Shown in pieces: positions 1 through 9,734 of a stretch of 64,000 bases of DNA (positions within the stretch are counted from its first letter, which is position 1; each line of letters opens with the position of its first letter). The notes under the pieces are model-generated. The model searched no databases and had not been told where the DNA came from. It was given only the letters and a program-made list of their open reading frames with translations. The DNA comes from Candidatus Omnitrophota bacterium (GTDB lineage Bacteria; Omnitrophota; Gorgyraeia; Gygaellales; Profunditerraquicolaceae). Location of the stretch: assembly GCA_903852325.1 (NCBI GenBank), contig CAINQO010000035.1, positions 34,117 through 98,116 of the forward strand, written 5' to 3'. The translations under genes and the position numbers were made by a program.

Positions 1-308
1 TAAGTAATAATGCCGGCGGGGTGGAAGGTGGAATATCCAACGGACAGGAGATTGTTTTGCGCGCCTGCATGAAACCGATCGCCACGCTGCTTGATCCGCT
101 GGATTCAGTGCACATCCACACTAAAAAACCGGCCAAGGCGGCGGTAGAACGCTCGGACATCTGCGTAGTGGAATCCGCCGGGGTCGTGGCGGAAGCGGCA
201 TGCGCCCTGGTATTGGCGGACGCTTTCCTGGAGAAATTCGGCTCCGACGCTTTAAGGGACATTAAAAATGCCTACGCCGGATATCTGAAACGGATCCGTC
301 ATGCGTAG
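1..308 (+). CDS. aroC: chorismate synthase, C-terminal fragment (5' end outside window)
   Basis: Frame is open to the window edge. GGISNGQEIVLRACMKP...ERSDICVV resembles the conserved AroC C-terminus, and aroK lies downstream. Confidence 0.85.
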   Translation, partial: SNNAGGVEGGISNGQEIVLRACMKPIATLLDPLDSVHIHTKKPAKAAVERSDICVVESAGVVAEAACALVLADAFLEKFGSDALRDIKNAYAGYLKRIRHA

Positions 309-561
309 CCTGATTTACCGGAATGTTAAGATCGAGCGGTATAAAAGCTCCAATCAGCTGCTCTTAAAAGGGGAGATCGCCAATGAGGCCGGGAAATATT
401 ATACGACGGTCGCGGTGCGGGTGATCCTGTTTATCCGGAATATAATCGTGGTCAATGAAGTTTTTTTGATCAATGATCTGCCGAACGGATCGACCAAGGT
501 TTTCGAGCGGCATATTTATGATCTGACTCCGGCCGATTCGATCAATGATCACCCGCTATGA
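301..561 (+). CDS. hypothetical 86-aa protein
   Basis: ATG overlaps the aroC stop (ATGCGTAG), a typical coupled arrangement. No family recognised; possibly a small beta-rich domain. Confidence 0.35.
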   Translation: MRSLIYRNVKIERYKSSNQLLLKGEIANEAGKYYTTVAVRVILFIRNIIVVNEVFLINDLPNGSTKVFERHIYDLTPADSINDHPL

Positions 562-749
562 GGTTTTTACGGAAAACTGCTATTAGCGGCTTTGTTCTTA
601 AATAATCCGGTTAGAAAAAATCATTCCTTTCGTCTATTTAAGTGAAGGCACGACTTAATGTATGGCGCCCGCCACAAAGATTGGCGGGTCTGCCGCGAAT
701 TGCGGCGGAACATAAGTTAAGTGCTTTAAACTTAAGAGAGGAGTGGGCG

Positions 750-1004
750 ATGGATGAAAATACCATCAGCGTCAGCCGCATTTTTAAGCTGGAAACCGAT
801 TCCAAGCTTAAAGCTTTTGCGGATGTTTCTTTTTCCGGAATCGTGATCAAGGGTTTTAGCGTAGTAGACGGAGAAAAAGGATTATTTGTGAGTATGCCGC
901 GCCATCAGGGTAAAGATGGGAAATGGTATAACACGGTAATTCCCGCCACTAAAGAACTGAAACAGCAGTTCTGCGATGTTGTCCTGGAAGCGTATAAAAG
1001 TTAA
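750..1004 (+). CDS. spoVG: SpoVG family protein
   Basis: MDENTISVSRIFKLETDSKLKAFADVSF...GLFVSMP matches SpoVG. The internal ATG at 750 was chosen because AGAGAGGAG lies 6-7 nt upstream; the track ORF starting at 642 adds a non-homologous extension. Confidence 0.85.
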   Translation: MDENTISVSRIFKLETDSKLKAFADVSFSGIVIKGFSVVDGEKGLFVSMPRHQGKDGKWYNTVIPATKELKQQFCDVVLEAYKS

Positions 1005-1016
1005 ATAAAGATGTGC

Positions 1017-1060
1017 CCGGGTAAGGGTGGGAAAGATATCCTATCCTTACCCGGTATTTT
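1017..1060 (+). terminator. rho-independent terminator-like hairpin after spoVG
   Basis: CCGGGTAAGG (1017-1026) pairs with CCTTACCCGG (1045-1054) and is followed by TATTTT. Confidence 0.6.
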
Positions 1061-1069
1061 AACTATGCG

Positions 1070-1573
1070 ATGAATATTTATCTTGTCGGGTTTATGGGTA
1101 CCGGAAAAACTTCTGTCGGCCGGGTGCTGGCGGAACAGAAAAAATGGAATTTTGTCGACCTGGATGAATTGATCGAATTGCAGCAGCAGCGCAGGATCGT
1201 CGACATTTTTGCCAAGTACGGGGAAGCTTATTTCCGCAAGATCGAGAAGAAGGCTTTAAAGCAGGTGGCTACCCAGGATAAATTTGTGGTTGCTTGCGGC
1301 GGCGGGATAGTTTTAGATCCGCAGAACATTAAGCTGATGAAAAAAACCGGGACGGTAGTCTGCCTGTCGGCAAATTGTGAGACGATCTTAAAAAGAGTCT
1401 CCTCCAGCACGCAGCGCCCGATTTTAAATGTGGCCAAGCCCCGGGAGCGTATAGAGCATTTGCTGAAAATGCGCGCCCCTTATTATGCGCAGGCGCACGC
1501 CATTATCGATACTACCGGCGTTTCCGTCAAGCAGGTCGCCGCTAAGATCAGCAGGAAGCTTCTAAAAAAGTAA
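1070..1573 (+). CDS. aroK: shikimate kinase
   Basis: N-terminal P-loop GFMGTGKTSVGR and typical size (167 aa). Confidence 0.9.
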   Translation: MNIYLVGFMGTGKTSVGRVLAEQKKWNFVDLDELIELQQQRRIVDIFAKYGEAYFRKIEKKALKQVATQDKFVVACGGGIVLDPQNIKLMKKTGTVVCLSANCETILKRVSSSTQRPILNVAKPRERIEHLLKMRAPYYAQAHAIIDTTGVSVKQVAAKISRKLLKK

Positions 1574-2655
1574 TGAATGATTTTGAGGCTTTGGTAAGCT
1601 TGAATCTTATCCCGCAGATAGGCAGCGCGCGGCTGGAGCGGCTGCTTGAGCATTTCGGCCAGCCGGAGGCGATCTTCCGGGCCAGCCGGCAATCTTTAAC
1701 GGCGGTAGTGGGCGAACAGCTTGGCCAAAGTATCCTTGATTTTGATACCGGAAAACTAAAAGCGGATTTGGCTTTGGCGCAAAAGTCGGGGATAAAGGTC
1801 CTTACCCTCCTGGATCAGGAGTATCCTGCGGCGCTAAGGCAGATACCCGGGCCGCCGATGGTGCTGTATTGTTTGGGGCAGATAACTCCGGCGGATAATT
1901 TAGCGGTGGGAATCGTCGGTTCACGCCAGGCATCCTTTTACGGATTAAATAACGCCCAAAATTTTGCCGCGCAGTTAGCGGCCCGGGGGATTACCGTAGT
2001 TTCCGGAATGGCCCGCGGAGTGGATACTTTTGCCCACCGCGGCGCTTTAAAAGCAAAGGGGCGCACCCTGGCGGTGATCGGCAGCGGTTTTAAGCATATT
2101 TATCCGCAGGAAAATGCGGATCTGGCAGAAGAAATTGCTGCTTGCGGGGCGGTAATCTCCGAATTTCCCATGGAGGTAAAACCTTTGCCGCAGAATTTTC
2201 CCCGGCGCAACCGCCTGATCAGCGGCTTAAGCCTGGGAGTTTTGATCACCGAGGCAGCCAGGAACAGCGGGGCCCTGATCACCGCGGATTTCGCTTTGGA
2301 GCAGGGAAAAGAAGTTTTTGCTTTACCCGGAAGGATAGATTCAGCCGGTTCCCTGGGGACTAACGCTTTGCTTAAGCAGGGGGCAAAACTGGTCACCTGC
2401 TGCGAAGATATCCTGGAAGAGCTGAACTTGGTGGATGCGGGAGGCAAAGATATAGAACCGCCGCCGGAAAATAAAATCCCCGCGGACCGCCAGGAAAGAG
2501 AGCTTTACGGGCACATCGGAGACCAGCCGGTGGCGATCGACGAATTAGTGCAAAAATCATCCCTGGCCAGCAGCAGGGTATTGAACCTGCTTTTAAAATT
2601 ACAATTTAAAAAGCTAATCCGGATATTGCCGGGTAAACAGTATATGAGGAATTAA
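1573..2655 (+). CDS. dprA: DNA processing protein DprA
   Basis: GIVGSRQASFYG and GMARGVDTFAHRGAL motifs. Start overlaps the aroK stop (TAATG). Confidence 0.9.
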   Translation: MNDFEALVSLNLIPQIGSARLERLLEHFGQPEAIFRASRQSLTAVVGEQLGQSILDFDTGKLKADLALAQKSGIKVLTLLDQEYPAALRQIPGPPMVLYCLGQITPADNLAVGIVGSRQASFYGLNNAQNFAAQLAARGITVVSGMARGVDTFAHRGALKAKGRTLAVIGSGFKHIYPQENADLAEEIAACGAVISEFPMEVKPLPQNFPRRNRLISGLSLGVLITEAARNSGALITADFALEQGKEVFALPGRIDSAGSLGTNALLKQGAKLVTCCEDILEELNLVDAGGKDIEPPPENKIPADRQERELYGHIGDQPVAIDELVQKSSLASSRVLNLLLKLQFKKLIRILPGKQYMRN

Positions 2656-4713
2656 ATGCCTAAAAATTTAGTGATTGTCGAATCGCCGACCAAAGCCAAA
2701 ACCATCAGCAAGATCCTCGGGGATGATTTCAGGGTAGTTTCCTCGATGGGGCACGTCATCGACCTGCCGGCGAAAAAACTCGGGGTCAATGTTGAGGATA
2801 ACTTTACCCCGGATTATGTGGTGATCCCGGGAAAAAAGAAGATCCTGGCCCAATTGAAAAAAGAAGCCAAAGGAAAAGAAAATATTTATATCGCGACTGA
2901 CCCTGACCGGGAGGGGGAAGCGATCGGCTGGCAGATAAAAGAAAAATTATTCAAGGGTAAAGAAGTCAAGCGGGTCAGTTTCCATGAGATCACCCCGCAC
3001 GCGGTGGCGGAATCTTTTAAAAACGCCAGGGAGTTCGACCTGGAAATGATCCAGGCCCAGGTCGGCCGCCGGGTGCTGGACCGGATGGTGGGTTATTTTC
3101 TGAGCCCTTTACTCTGGAAGAAGCTTGCCCGGGGATTAAGCGCCGGCAGGGTGCAGTCTGTGGGATTGAGGCTGATCGTGGAGAGGGAGCGGCAGATCCA
3201 GGTTTTTGTGCCCAGCGAATATTGGCAGATCGGCGCGGAATTATTCAAGCCCCAGGTGTCCGGGGAGAGCGGTTTTTCCGCGGAACTGGAGAAGATCGGC
3301 GGCGAGAAAGCGCAAATCAAAAACGGCGGCCAGGCCAAGGAGATCTGCGAATTTTTGCGGGATAAAGAATTTAAGGTTCAGGGAGTGAAGAAGTCGGAGA
3401 AGAAGCGTTACCCGCCCGCCCCGTTTATTACCAGCACGATGCAACAGGAAGCGTTCAATAAATTAAGGTTCAACGCCTCCAAAACCATGTTGATCGCCCA
3501 GCAGCTTTACGAAGGGATCGATATCGGCGAGGATAACCCGGTGGGTTTAATTACTTATATGCGTACGGATTCTCCGCATGTCGCCGCCGAAGCGATCCAG
3601 GAGGTGCGCGAGCATATCGGCAGAAGTTTCGGCAAGGATTTTGTCCCGGAGAAGCCCAATGTTTTTAAAGCGAAGAAATCCGCGCAGGAGGCGCACGAAG
3701 CGATCCGCCCCAGCTATGTCTCCCGGAGCCCGGAGAGCCTTAAGGATTTTCTCAATCACGACCAGATCCGGCTTTATACGTTGATCTACAACCGTTTTTT
3801 GGCCAGCCAGATGAAACCGGCGGAGTTCTTAGCGACGGCGGTAGACATCCTGGCGGATAAATATTTATTCGCGGCTAACGGCAGCCATTTGCTTTTTGAG
3901 GGTTTTCTCGCCGCTTACAATAAAGAGGAGGAGGGGGAGGAAAAAGACGAGGAAGAGGAAAAAGAAAAAGATAAGAATAAAAATGTAATTCCTCCTCTGG
4001 AGCAGGGTGAGGTGCTGGGCTTAAAGGGGTTGAATCCTTCGCAGCATTTTACCAAGCCTCCGCCCCGGTATTCGGACAGCTCTTTGATCAAGGCGCTGGA
4101 AGAAGAGGGGATCGGCAGGCCTTCAACCTACGCCCCGATCATTTATACGATCATTTTGCGCGATTATGTGCGCCGGATCAAAGGCTACCTTAATCCTTCC
4201 GAGCTGGGTTTTAAGGTCAATGACCTTTTAGTGGAATACTTCCCCAAGATCCTCGACTTGAAATTTACCGCCGCTATCGAGGAGCAGCTGGATGAGGTGG
4301 AGGAAGGTAAATTGAGCCGGATAAAAGTGCTGGAAGATTTTTACCAGCCGTTTAAGGAAAGCCTGGATTTTGCCCAGGCCAACATCGTCAAGGAAGTGAT
4401 CACTACGGACCAGGTATGCGATAAATGCGGCAAGCCCTTGATCGTGAAGTGGGGCAGGCGCGGAAAATTCTTGAGCTGTTCCGCTTTTCCGGAATGCAAG
4501 AACTCCAAATCGATTACCTCCGGGGTCAAATGCCCGCTGGAAAATTGCGGAGGTGAGCTAATCGAGCGGCGCTCAAAGCGCGGATTTTTCTACGGCTGCT
4601 CGAATTTCCCCAAGTGCACGTTTACTTCGCGTAATTTACCGGATGACAAGGATGAGGCGGAGAAAAAACCCGAAGCACAGCCTGAAGCTAAACCAGAGGA
4701 TAAACAAGAATAA
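2656..4713 (+). CDS. topA: DNA topoisomerase I
   Basis: Toprim start LVIVESPTKAKTI, the YMRTDS active-site region, and two C-terminal Cys4 zinc ribbons. Confidence 0.95.
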   Translation: MPKNLVIVESPTKAKTISKILGDDFRVVSSMGHVIDLPAKKLGVNVEDNFTPDYVVIPGKKKILAQLKKEAKGKENIYIATDPDREGEAIGWQIKEKLFKGKEVKRVSFHEITPHAVAESFKNAREFDLEMIQAQVGRRVLDRMVGYFLSPLLWKKLARGLSAGRVQSVGLRLIVERERQIQVFVPSEYWQIGAELFKPQVSGESGFSAELEKIGGEKAQIKNGGQAKEICEFLRDKEFKVQGVKKSEKKRYPPAPFITSTMQQEAFNKLRFNASKTMLIAQQLYEGIDIGEDNPVGLITYMRTDSPHVAAEAIQEVREHIGRSFGKDFVPEKPNVFKAKKSAQEAHEAIRPSYVSRSPESLKDFLNHDQIRLYTLIYNRFLASQMKPAEFLATAVDILADKYLFAANGSHLLFEGFLAAYNKEEEGEEKDEEEEKEKDKNKNVIPPLEQGEVLGLKGLNPSQHFTKPPPRYSDSSLIKALEEEGIGRPSTYAPIIYTIILRDYVRRIKGYLNPSELGFKVNDLLVEYFPKILDLKFTAAIEEQLDEVEEGKLSRIKVLEDFYQPFKESLDFAQANIVKEVITTDQVCDKCGKPLIVKWGRRGKFLSCSAFPECKNSKSITSGVKCPLENCGGELIERRSKRGFFYGCSNFPKCTFTSRNLPDDKDEAEKKPEAQPEAKPEDKQE

Positions 4714-4808
4714 GGATTAGCTGCAGCCAGGTGTCCTTGCGGGGAGTTTGTGATTAAAGGCGAATGACAACGGAGCAATCTTTTAGAGGCGCCTAAAGAC
4801 ACCAAATT

Positions 4809-5678
4809 ATGGATAAATACATCGAAAAATTCGCCCGCTATCTGGAAATCGAGAAGAATTATTCTTTGCATACGATCATAAATTATAAATTGGACCTGCA
4901 GGGGTTCAATAAATTTGTTTCCGGGACCGAGCTGGAAAAGATCGATTACCTGACCTTGAGAAAATATCTGGCGGTCCTGAAAGAAAAAAATTTCGGTAAC
5001 CGCACCGTCGGGCGCAAGCTTTCCACCCTGCGCAGTTTTTTCCGTTTTCTTTGCCGGGAAGGCCATCTGAAGACCAACCCGATCCTGATGCTTTCCAGCC
5101 CCAAACTGGATAAACGCCTGCCTTCTTTTATGACCGAGGATGAGGTTTACCGGTTGATCGAATCAGCTTTCGCTAAAACCGCCCGGGATGATCTGGGACT
5201 GCGTGACCGGGCGATCCTGGAAGTATTTTATTCCAGCGGCCTGCGTATCTCCGAACTGGTCGGTTTAAACCTGGAGGATATCGATTTTATCAGCGGTATC
5301 CTGAAGGTCAGGGGGAAAGGCAAAAAGGAGCGCATCGTCCCCATCGGAGAAACCGCGCTCTCGGCGGTAAGGAAATACCTGGATAAAAGGAAAAAACAAA
5401 CGGAGGCTTTATTCTTAAACAATCATTCCGTCCGGATCACCGCCCGCGGGGTGCGTTTTGTGCTGGCAAAATACCTTAAGTCCACCGGGATGAAGCCTGG
5501 GGTTTGCGCGCATACTTTCCGGCACTCTTTCGCTACGCATCTTTTAAATCGCGGGGCGGATTTGCGCACGGTGCAGGAGCTGCTGGGCCATGCAAACCTT
5601 TCTTCCACGCAGATTTATACGCATTTAACTACAGACAAATTAAAGAGCGTCTACGATAAGGCGCATCCGCACGCCTAG
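4809..5678 (+). CDS. xerC: tyrosine recombinase XerC/XerD family
   Basis: HTFRHSFATHLL...LGHANLSSTQIYTH catalytic region and an N-terminal SAM-like domain. Confidence 0.85.
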   Translation: MDKYIEKFARYLEIEKNYSLHTIINYKLDLQGFNKFVSGTELEKIDYLTLRKYLAVLKEKNFGNRTVGRKLSTLRSFFRFLCREGHLKTNPILMLSSPKLDKRLPSFMTEDEVYRLIESAFAKTARDDLGLRDRAILEVFYSSGLRISELVGLNLEDIDFISGILKVRGKGKKERIVPIGETALSAVRKYLDKRKKQTEALFLNNHSVRITARGVRFVLAKYLKSTGMKPGVCAHTFRHSFATHLLNRGADLRTVQELLGHANLSSTQIYTHLTTDKLKSVYDKAHPHA

Positions 5679-5723
5679 AAGAACAGCAGTTAGCGGGTAG
5701 TGGTCAGCAGAAGAGGAAGGCCG

Positions 5724-6995
5724 ATGTTTATAATTTATGACTTTGTGTTTTTAATCTTCGCGGTCATTTGCCTGCCGGTTTATTTTATGCGCGGGAAATT
5801 AAGCGGCGCATTTTCCAGGCGCTTGGGTGTCCTGCCGGAACATTTGAATTTGGACCGGCCGATCTGGATCCATGCGGTAAGCGTGGGGGAGGTCAATGCG
5901 GTCAAAGGGCTCCTGTTGCAGCTGCGCCAGGCTTATCCCGGGAAAAAATTGGTAATTTCCACGGTCACCGCCACGGGGAATAAAGTCGCCAGAGAGGTAA
6001 TTAAAGAGGGGGATTTTTTGACTTATCTGCCCCTGGATTTTAGTTTTATCGTGCGCGGCGTATTAAAGAAGATCAACCCCTGCATGTTTATTATCGCCGA
6101 GACCGAGATCTGGCCGAACTTGATCAGCTGTCTGGATAAAGCGGGGATCCCGGTGATCACGGTCAACGGAAGGATCTCGGACCGTTCTTATCGCGGATAC
6201 CGCTTGATCAAATTATTTATCCGGCCGATCCTGCGCAAGGTCTCCCAATTCTGCGTGCAAACCCGGGAGGACGGACGGCGGCTGGAAAATTTAGGGGTGG
6301 AGGCAAAAAAGATCCGGGTGACCGGCAATGTAAAATTCGATATTAATCTTGGCGTTTCCGATGGCCTGGAAGCGAAAGTTTACCGGGATAAACTTTTACT
6401 GGGGGCCTCCGGGCGGTTGCTGGTTTGCGGAAGCACGCATCCGGGGGAAGAAGAATTGATCCTGGATGCCTACCGGAAAATTTTGCCGGCTTTTCCGGAT
6501 TTAAAAATCCTTATTGCTCCCCGGCATCCGGAACGCCGTAAAGAGGTTTGCCGGGTAGTGGAGCAAAAGGGATTTATGCCTTTGCTTATCTCCGCGCTGT
6601 CCGGATTCTGTCCTTCCTGCGTAAATAACCCGGTATTTATTTTGGATACGGTGGGAGAACTGTTCAATTATTATCGGGCCGCGGATATTGTTTTTATCGG
6701 CGGAAGCCTGGTAAAAAAAGGGGGGCACAATATCATTGAGCCGGCCAGTTTAAAGAAACCGGTAATTTTCGGCCCCTACATGTTTAATTTCCGGCAGATC
6801 AGCGAGTTGTTCCTGGCCAATCAGGCCGCGCTTGCCGTTTCCGGCAGCGGGGAATTATCCGAGCGGGTCAAGGAACTCCTCCAGGGCAGCCTTTTAGCCA
6901 AAGGGTTGGCGGAGCGAGCCTACGCATTAATTCTTAAAAATCAGGGAGCAACCCGGAAAAACATAGAGATCATTAAAGAAATAACTAAAACTTAA
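5724..6995 (+). CDS. waaA: 3-deoxy-D-manno-octulosonic acid (Kdo) transferase
   Basis: N-terminal membrane anchor followed by IWIHAVSVGE and the typical KdtA layout. ATG at 5724 is preferred over GTG at 5700 (GAGGAAGG upstream). Confidence 0.9.
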   Translation: MFIIYDFVFLIFAVICLPVYFMRGKLSGAFSRRLGVLPEHLNLDRPIWIHAVSVGEVNAVKGLLLQLRQAYPGKKLVISTVTATGNKVAREVIKEGDFLTYLPLDFSFIVRGVLKKINPCMFIIAETEIWPNLISCLDKAGIPVITVNGRISDRSYRGYRLIKLFIRPILRKVSQFCVQTREDGRRLENLGVEAKKIRVTGNVKFDINLGVSDGLEAKVYRDKLLLGASGRLLVCGSTHPGEEELILDAYRKILPAFPDLKILIAPRHPERRKEVCRVVEQKGFMPLLISALSGFCPSCVNNPVFILDTVGELFNYYRAADIVFIGGSLVKKGGHNIIEPASLKKPVIFGPYMFNFRQISELFLANQAALAVSGSGELSERVKELLQGSLLAKGLAERAYALILKNQGATRKNIEIIKEITKT

Positions 6996-7007
6996 GGGAG
7001 ACTACTT

Positions 7008-7478
7008 ATGGCCGCAGACATTTATATGACCCAGGAAGGTTATGAAAAACTGGTAGGTGAACTGGAATATTTAAAAACCGTCAAACGCCGCCAGCTGGCC
7101 AAAGCGATCGGAGAGGCCCGCGCTTACGGGGATATCAGCGAAAATGCGGAGTATGACGCGGCCAAGGACGCGCAAGCCCACAACGAAAAAGAAATTATGG
7201 AATTAGAGGATAAGCTTTCCCGGGTGCGCATCCTGGATAAAAATATTCCCAAAGACCAGGTTTTGATCGGGGCAAAAGTAAAATTATTGGATATGGATAC
7301 ACAGGAAGAGTTGGAGTATACTCTTGTGTCCGACCTGGAAGCGGATTATAACCAGGCCAAGATCTCCGTCAGTTCTCCGGTAGGTTCAGGTTTGCTGGGG
7401 CATAAAGTTAATGAGGTCGCCGAAATTAAAATCCCCGCGGGGATACTAAAGTATAAAATTATCGAAATAACCCGTTAA
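7008..7478 (+). CDS. greA: transcription elongation factor GreA
   Basis: MTQEGYEKL...GDISENAEYDAAK coiled-coil motif; 156 aa. Confidence 0.95.
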   Translation: MAADIYMTQEGYEKLVGELEYLKTVKRRQLAKAIGEARAYGDISENAEYDAAKDAQAHNEKEIMELEDKLSRVRILDKNIPKDQVLIGAKVKLLDMDTQEELEYTLVSDLEADYNQAKISVSSPVGSGLLGHKVNEVAEIKIPAGILKYKIIEITR

Positions 7479-7497
7479 CTAAAAGGCTTGAGGAAAA

Positions 7498-8250
7498 ATG
7501 AAGATTAAAAAAATATTCAGTTGGCAGGTGGTGCTCGGGTTTAGTTTGATCATGCTTTCCGCCGCCGTTTACGGTATCCATTATCTGATTTTCCGGGATG
7601 CCCGGTATATTTTCAGTTATTTGATCAGCGATACCGCTTTTGTTTTCCTGGAAGTATTCCTGGTGACTATGGTCGTGCACAATCTCCTGGCGCAGCGGGA
7701 AAAACAGGCGCTGTTTAAAAAAATGAACATGGTGATCGGCGCTTTTTTCAGTCAGGTGGGCAAGGAGCTGGTTAAGTTTTGCGTGGCCTTCGACGCCCAG
7801 GGAGAAGAGTTGGCCGCTAAATTCATCGTGCGCAACGAATGGACGGCCAAGCAATTTAAAGACCTGCAGAAGGAGATTTCCGGTTTTTCCTGTGCGGTTG
7901 ACTGCCATAAAGGGGACCTGGAAGGCTTGAAACTATTTTTGGTAAAAAACCGGGGTTTTCTCCTGGCACTTTTGGAGAACCAGAACCTCCTGGAGCACGA
8001 GTCCTTTACCGACCTGCTTTGGGCGGTTTTTCATCTTACGGAAGAACTGGAAGGCAGGCAAACCCTGCAGGGGCTTGATCCGGCGGACTATAAACATCTT
8101 AACGGGGACATCCAGCGGGCTTACCGGCAATTGATCCGCCAGTGGCTCCTGTATATGGAGCATCTTAAGGCGGATTATCCGTATTTGTTTTCCCTGGCGA
8201 TGCGGACCAATCCTTTCGACCGTAAGGCGACGATCCAGGTGCGCGCGTAA
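7498..8250 (+). CDS. hypothetical membrane protein (2 TM helices plus cytoplasmic helical domain)
   Basis: Two hydrophobic helices in the first ~70 aa and SD-like GAGGAAAAATG. No family recognised. Confidence 0.6.
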   Translation: MKIKKIFSWQVVLGFSLIMLSAAVYGIHYLIFRDARYIFSYLISDTAFVFLEVFLVTMVVHNLLAQREKQALFKKMNMVIGAFFSQVGKELVKFCVAFDAQGEELAAKFIVRNEWTAKQFKDLQKEISGFSCAVDCHKGDLEGLKLFLVKNRGFLLALLENQNLLEHESFTDLLWAVFHLTEELEGRQTLQGLDPADYKHLNGDIQRAYRQLIRQWLLYMEHLKADYPYLFSLAMRTNPFDRKATIQVRA

Positions 8251-8253
8251 TTA

Positions 8254-8421
8254 ATGGAATATAAGATCGGGCATTTAAAAGTCGAAATTTTTAAGATCAA
8301 AAACCGGGAAGGTTTCGCCGCGGTTTGTTACGATCATCTTACGGAGGGCAAAACCGTCCAGGAAGCTTACCAGCGGATGGAAAAAGCGCTGCGGCGCAGC
8401 AGTAAAAAGGAAAATGTTTAG
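8254..8421 (+). CDS. small 55-aa ORF, weakly HicB/UPF0150-like
   Basis: Translated by hand as MEYKIGHLKVEIFKIKNREGFAAVCYDHLTEGKTVQEAYQRMEKALRRSSKKENV. It fills the 176-nt gap between two + strand genes and is below the ORF-track length cutoff. Confidence 0.3.
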   Translation: MEYKIGHLKVEIFKIKNREGFAAVCYDHLTEGKTVQEAYQRMEKALRRSSKKENV

Positions 8422-8426
8422 TTTAG

Positions 8427-9344
8427 ATGAAAATTAAATACTGGTTTTTGCTTTCCCGGGTCCCGTTTTTAAGCGTCTTGGTCGCTCCGTATATTTTAGG
8501 TTCCCTTCTGGCCGGGCGCGCTTGCGGGATCTTTAATCTTCCGGTTTTTATCTTCGGATTATCCGGGGCAGTCCTGGTGCAGCTGGTCGCCCACTACAGC
8601 GGGGAAGTGCATGACCTGGCGGAGGACCGCCTGAGCGTGGTATTAGAAAAAAATTTCTTCAGCGGCGGGAGCGGGGTGCTGGTTGAGAACCGCCTTGTCC
8701 CTAAAAATGTAATAATTTTAAACCGGAGTTTTTTATTCCTGGCAGTGGCCGTGGGATTGATCCTGCAGGGTTATTTCCGGACGGGAAGCCTGACCTTGTG
8801 GCTGGGGATGACGGGAATATTCTGCGCTTATTTTTATTCCACCCCTCCGCTGCGCTTGGTCAGCCGGGGAATCGGGGAGCTGCTTATTGCTTACGCTTTC
8901 GGCTGGCTTTCGGTAAATGCCGGGTTTTATCTGCAAGCGGGGAGGTTCGCTATGTTGGGCACCTGGATCTCTATCCCGGTTGCCTGCAGCGTCGCCAATA
9001 TAATCCTGATCAATGAATTTCCGGATTATCTGGCGGATAAGCAGTGTTTAAAGAAGAATATGCTGGTGCGTATCGGTAAAGAGAACGGGTCGCGGGTTTA
9101 CGCGGCTTTAGCGGTGACCGGGGCGCTGGCCTTTATTTTTTCTTTGGCTAAAGGCGTGCCGCTTCAGACGGGGATTTTTTATCTTCCGGTTTTGTTTCTT
9201 TCATTAGGCCTGGCCTACCGGATGCTTAAGGGAGGATACCGGGAGCGGGTTGCGCTGGAAAAAATGTGCGGCCTGACTATCCTGGTAAACCTGGGGACGA
9301 CTTTAAGTTATCTGCTGGGATTATTATTCCGGTATAAATTTTAG
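8427..9344 (+). CDS. UbiA-family prenyltransferase (MenA-like)
   Basis: Polytopic membrane protein with the Asp-rich motif HDLAEDR and about 8-9 TM segments. Confidence 0.75.
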   Translation: MKIKYWFLLSRVPFLSVLVAPYILGSLLAGRACGIFNLPVFIFGLSGAVLVQLVAHYSGEVHDLAEDRLSVVLEKNFFSGGSGVLVENRLVPKNVIILNRSFLFLAVAVGLILQGYFRTGSLTLWLGMTGIFCAYFYSTPPLRLVSRGIGELLIAYAFGWLSVNAGFYLQAGRFAMLGTWISIPVACSVANIILINEFPDYLADKQCLKKNMLVRIGKENGSRVYAALAVTGALAFIFSLAKGVPLQTGIFYLPVLFLSLGLAYRMLKGGYRERVALEKMCGLTILVNLGTTLSYLLGLLFRYKF

Positions 9345-9356
9345 GAGGAGATTAAA

Positions 9357-9734
9357 ATGTATCAGGTGGAGATTACCCATGATCAGGAGATGGCGTTTAC
9401 GGCCAGGGCCGGGGAAGCGCAGCTGGTGATCGACGCGCAGGGGAAAGGATTTACTCCGCTGGATGCGCTTTTTGCCGGATTAGGCAGCTGTGTCGGGGTG
9501 TATATTCGAAAATACGCCGTGGGCGCAAAATTAGATTTGAAAAATTTTAAGGTTAATGTTTCCGGGGAGCTTTCCGGATCCCCGCTTACTTTTAAACAGG
9601 TCAACGTGCAGATCGATCTTAACGGCTGTCAATTGGATGAACGCAGGCAAAAAGCGCTGTTGGAGTTTATAAAAAATTGCCCGGCGCATAATACTTTAAA
9701 AGGCAACCCAACAGTGGAGTTTAAAATATGCTAG
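9357..9734 (+). CDS. OsmC family protein
   Basis: 125 aa with the GLGSCVGVY and NCPAHNTL Cys motifs typical of OsmC/Ohr. Confidence 0.8.
   Translation: MYQVEITHDQEMAFTARAGEAQLVIDAQGKGFTPLDALFAGLGSCVGVYIRKYAVGAKLDLKNFKVNVSGELSGSPLTFKQVNVQIDLNGCQLDERRQKALLEFIKNCPAHNTLKGNPTVEFKIC

Noticed and set aside
642-749. The N-terminal 36-aa extension of the SpoVG ORF as given in the track.
   Set aside because: The extension (MKARLNVWRPPQRLAGLP…) is not SpoVG-like. The internal ATG at 750 has a strong SD and reproduces the canonical SpoVG N-terminus.
4730-4803. A tRNA-sized (74-nt) segment closed by GGTGTC/GACACC and followed by A-rich sequence, between topA and xerC.
   Set aside because: It has no T-loop (GTTCRANYC) and no D-arm features, and no cloverleaf can be drawn. 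It is only a nested AGGCG/CGCCT helix, probably an ordinary spacer structure.
4809-5678. The tyrosine recombinase as a marker of an integrated mobile element.
   Set aside because: The sequence and size fit housekeeping XerC/XerD. The flanks are core genes (topA, waaA). There are no att-like direct repeats, tRNA target or cargo genes.
8254-8421. A toxin-antitoxin (HicAB) interpretation of the small ORF.
   Set aside because: There is no HicA-like partner ORF adjacent on either strand, the resemblance to HicB is weak, and it is flanked by ordinary metabolic genes.
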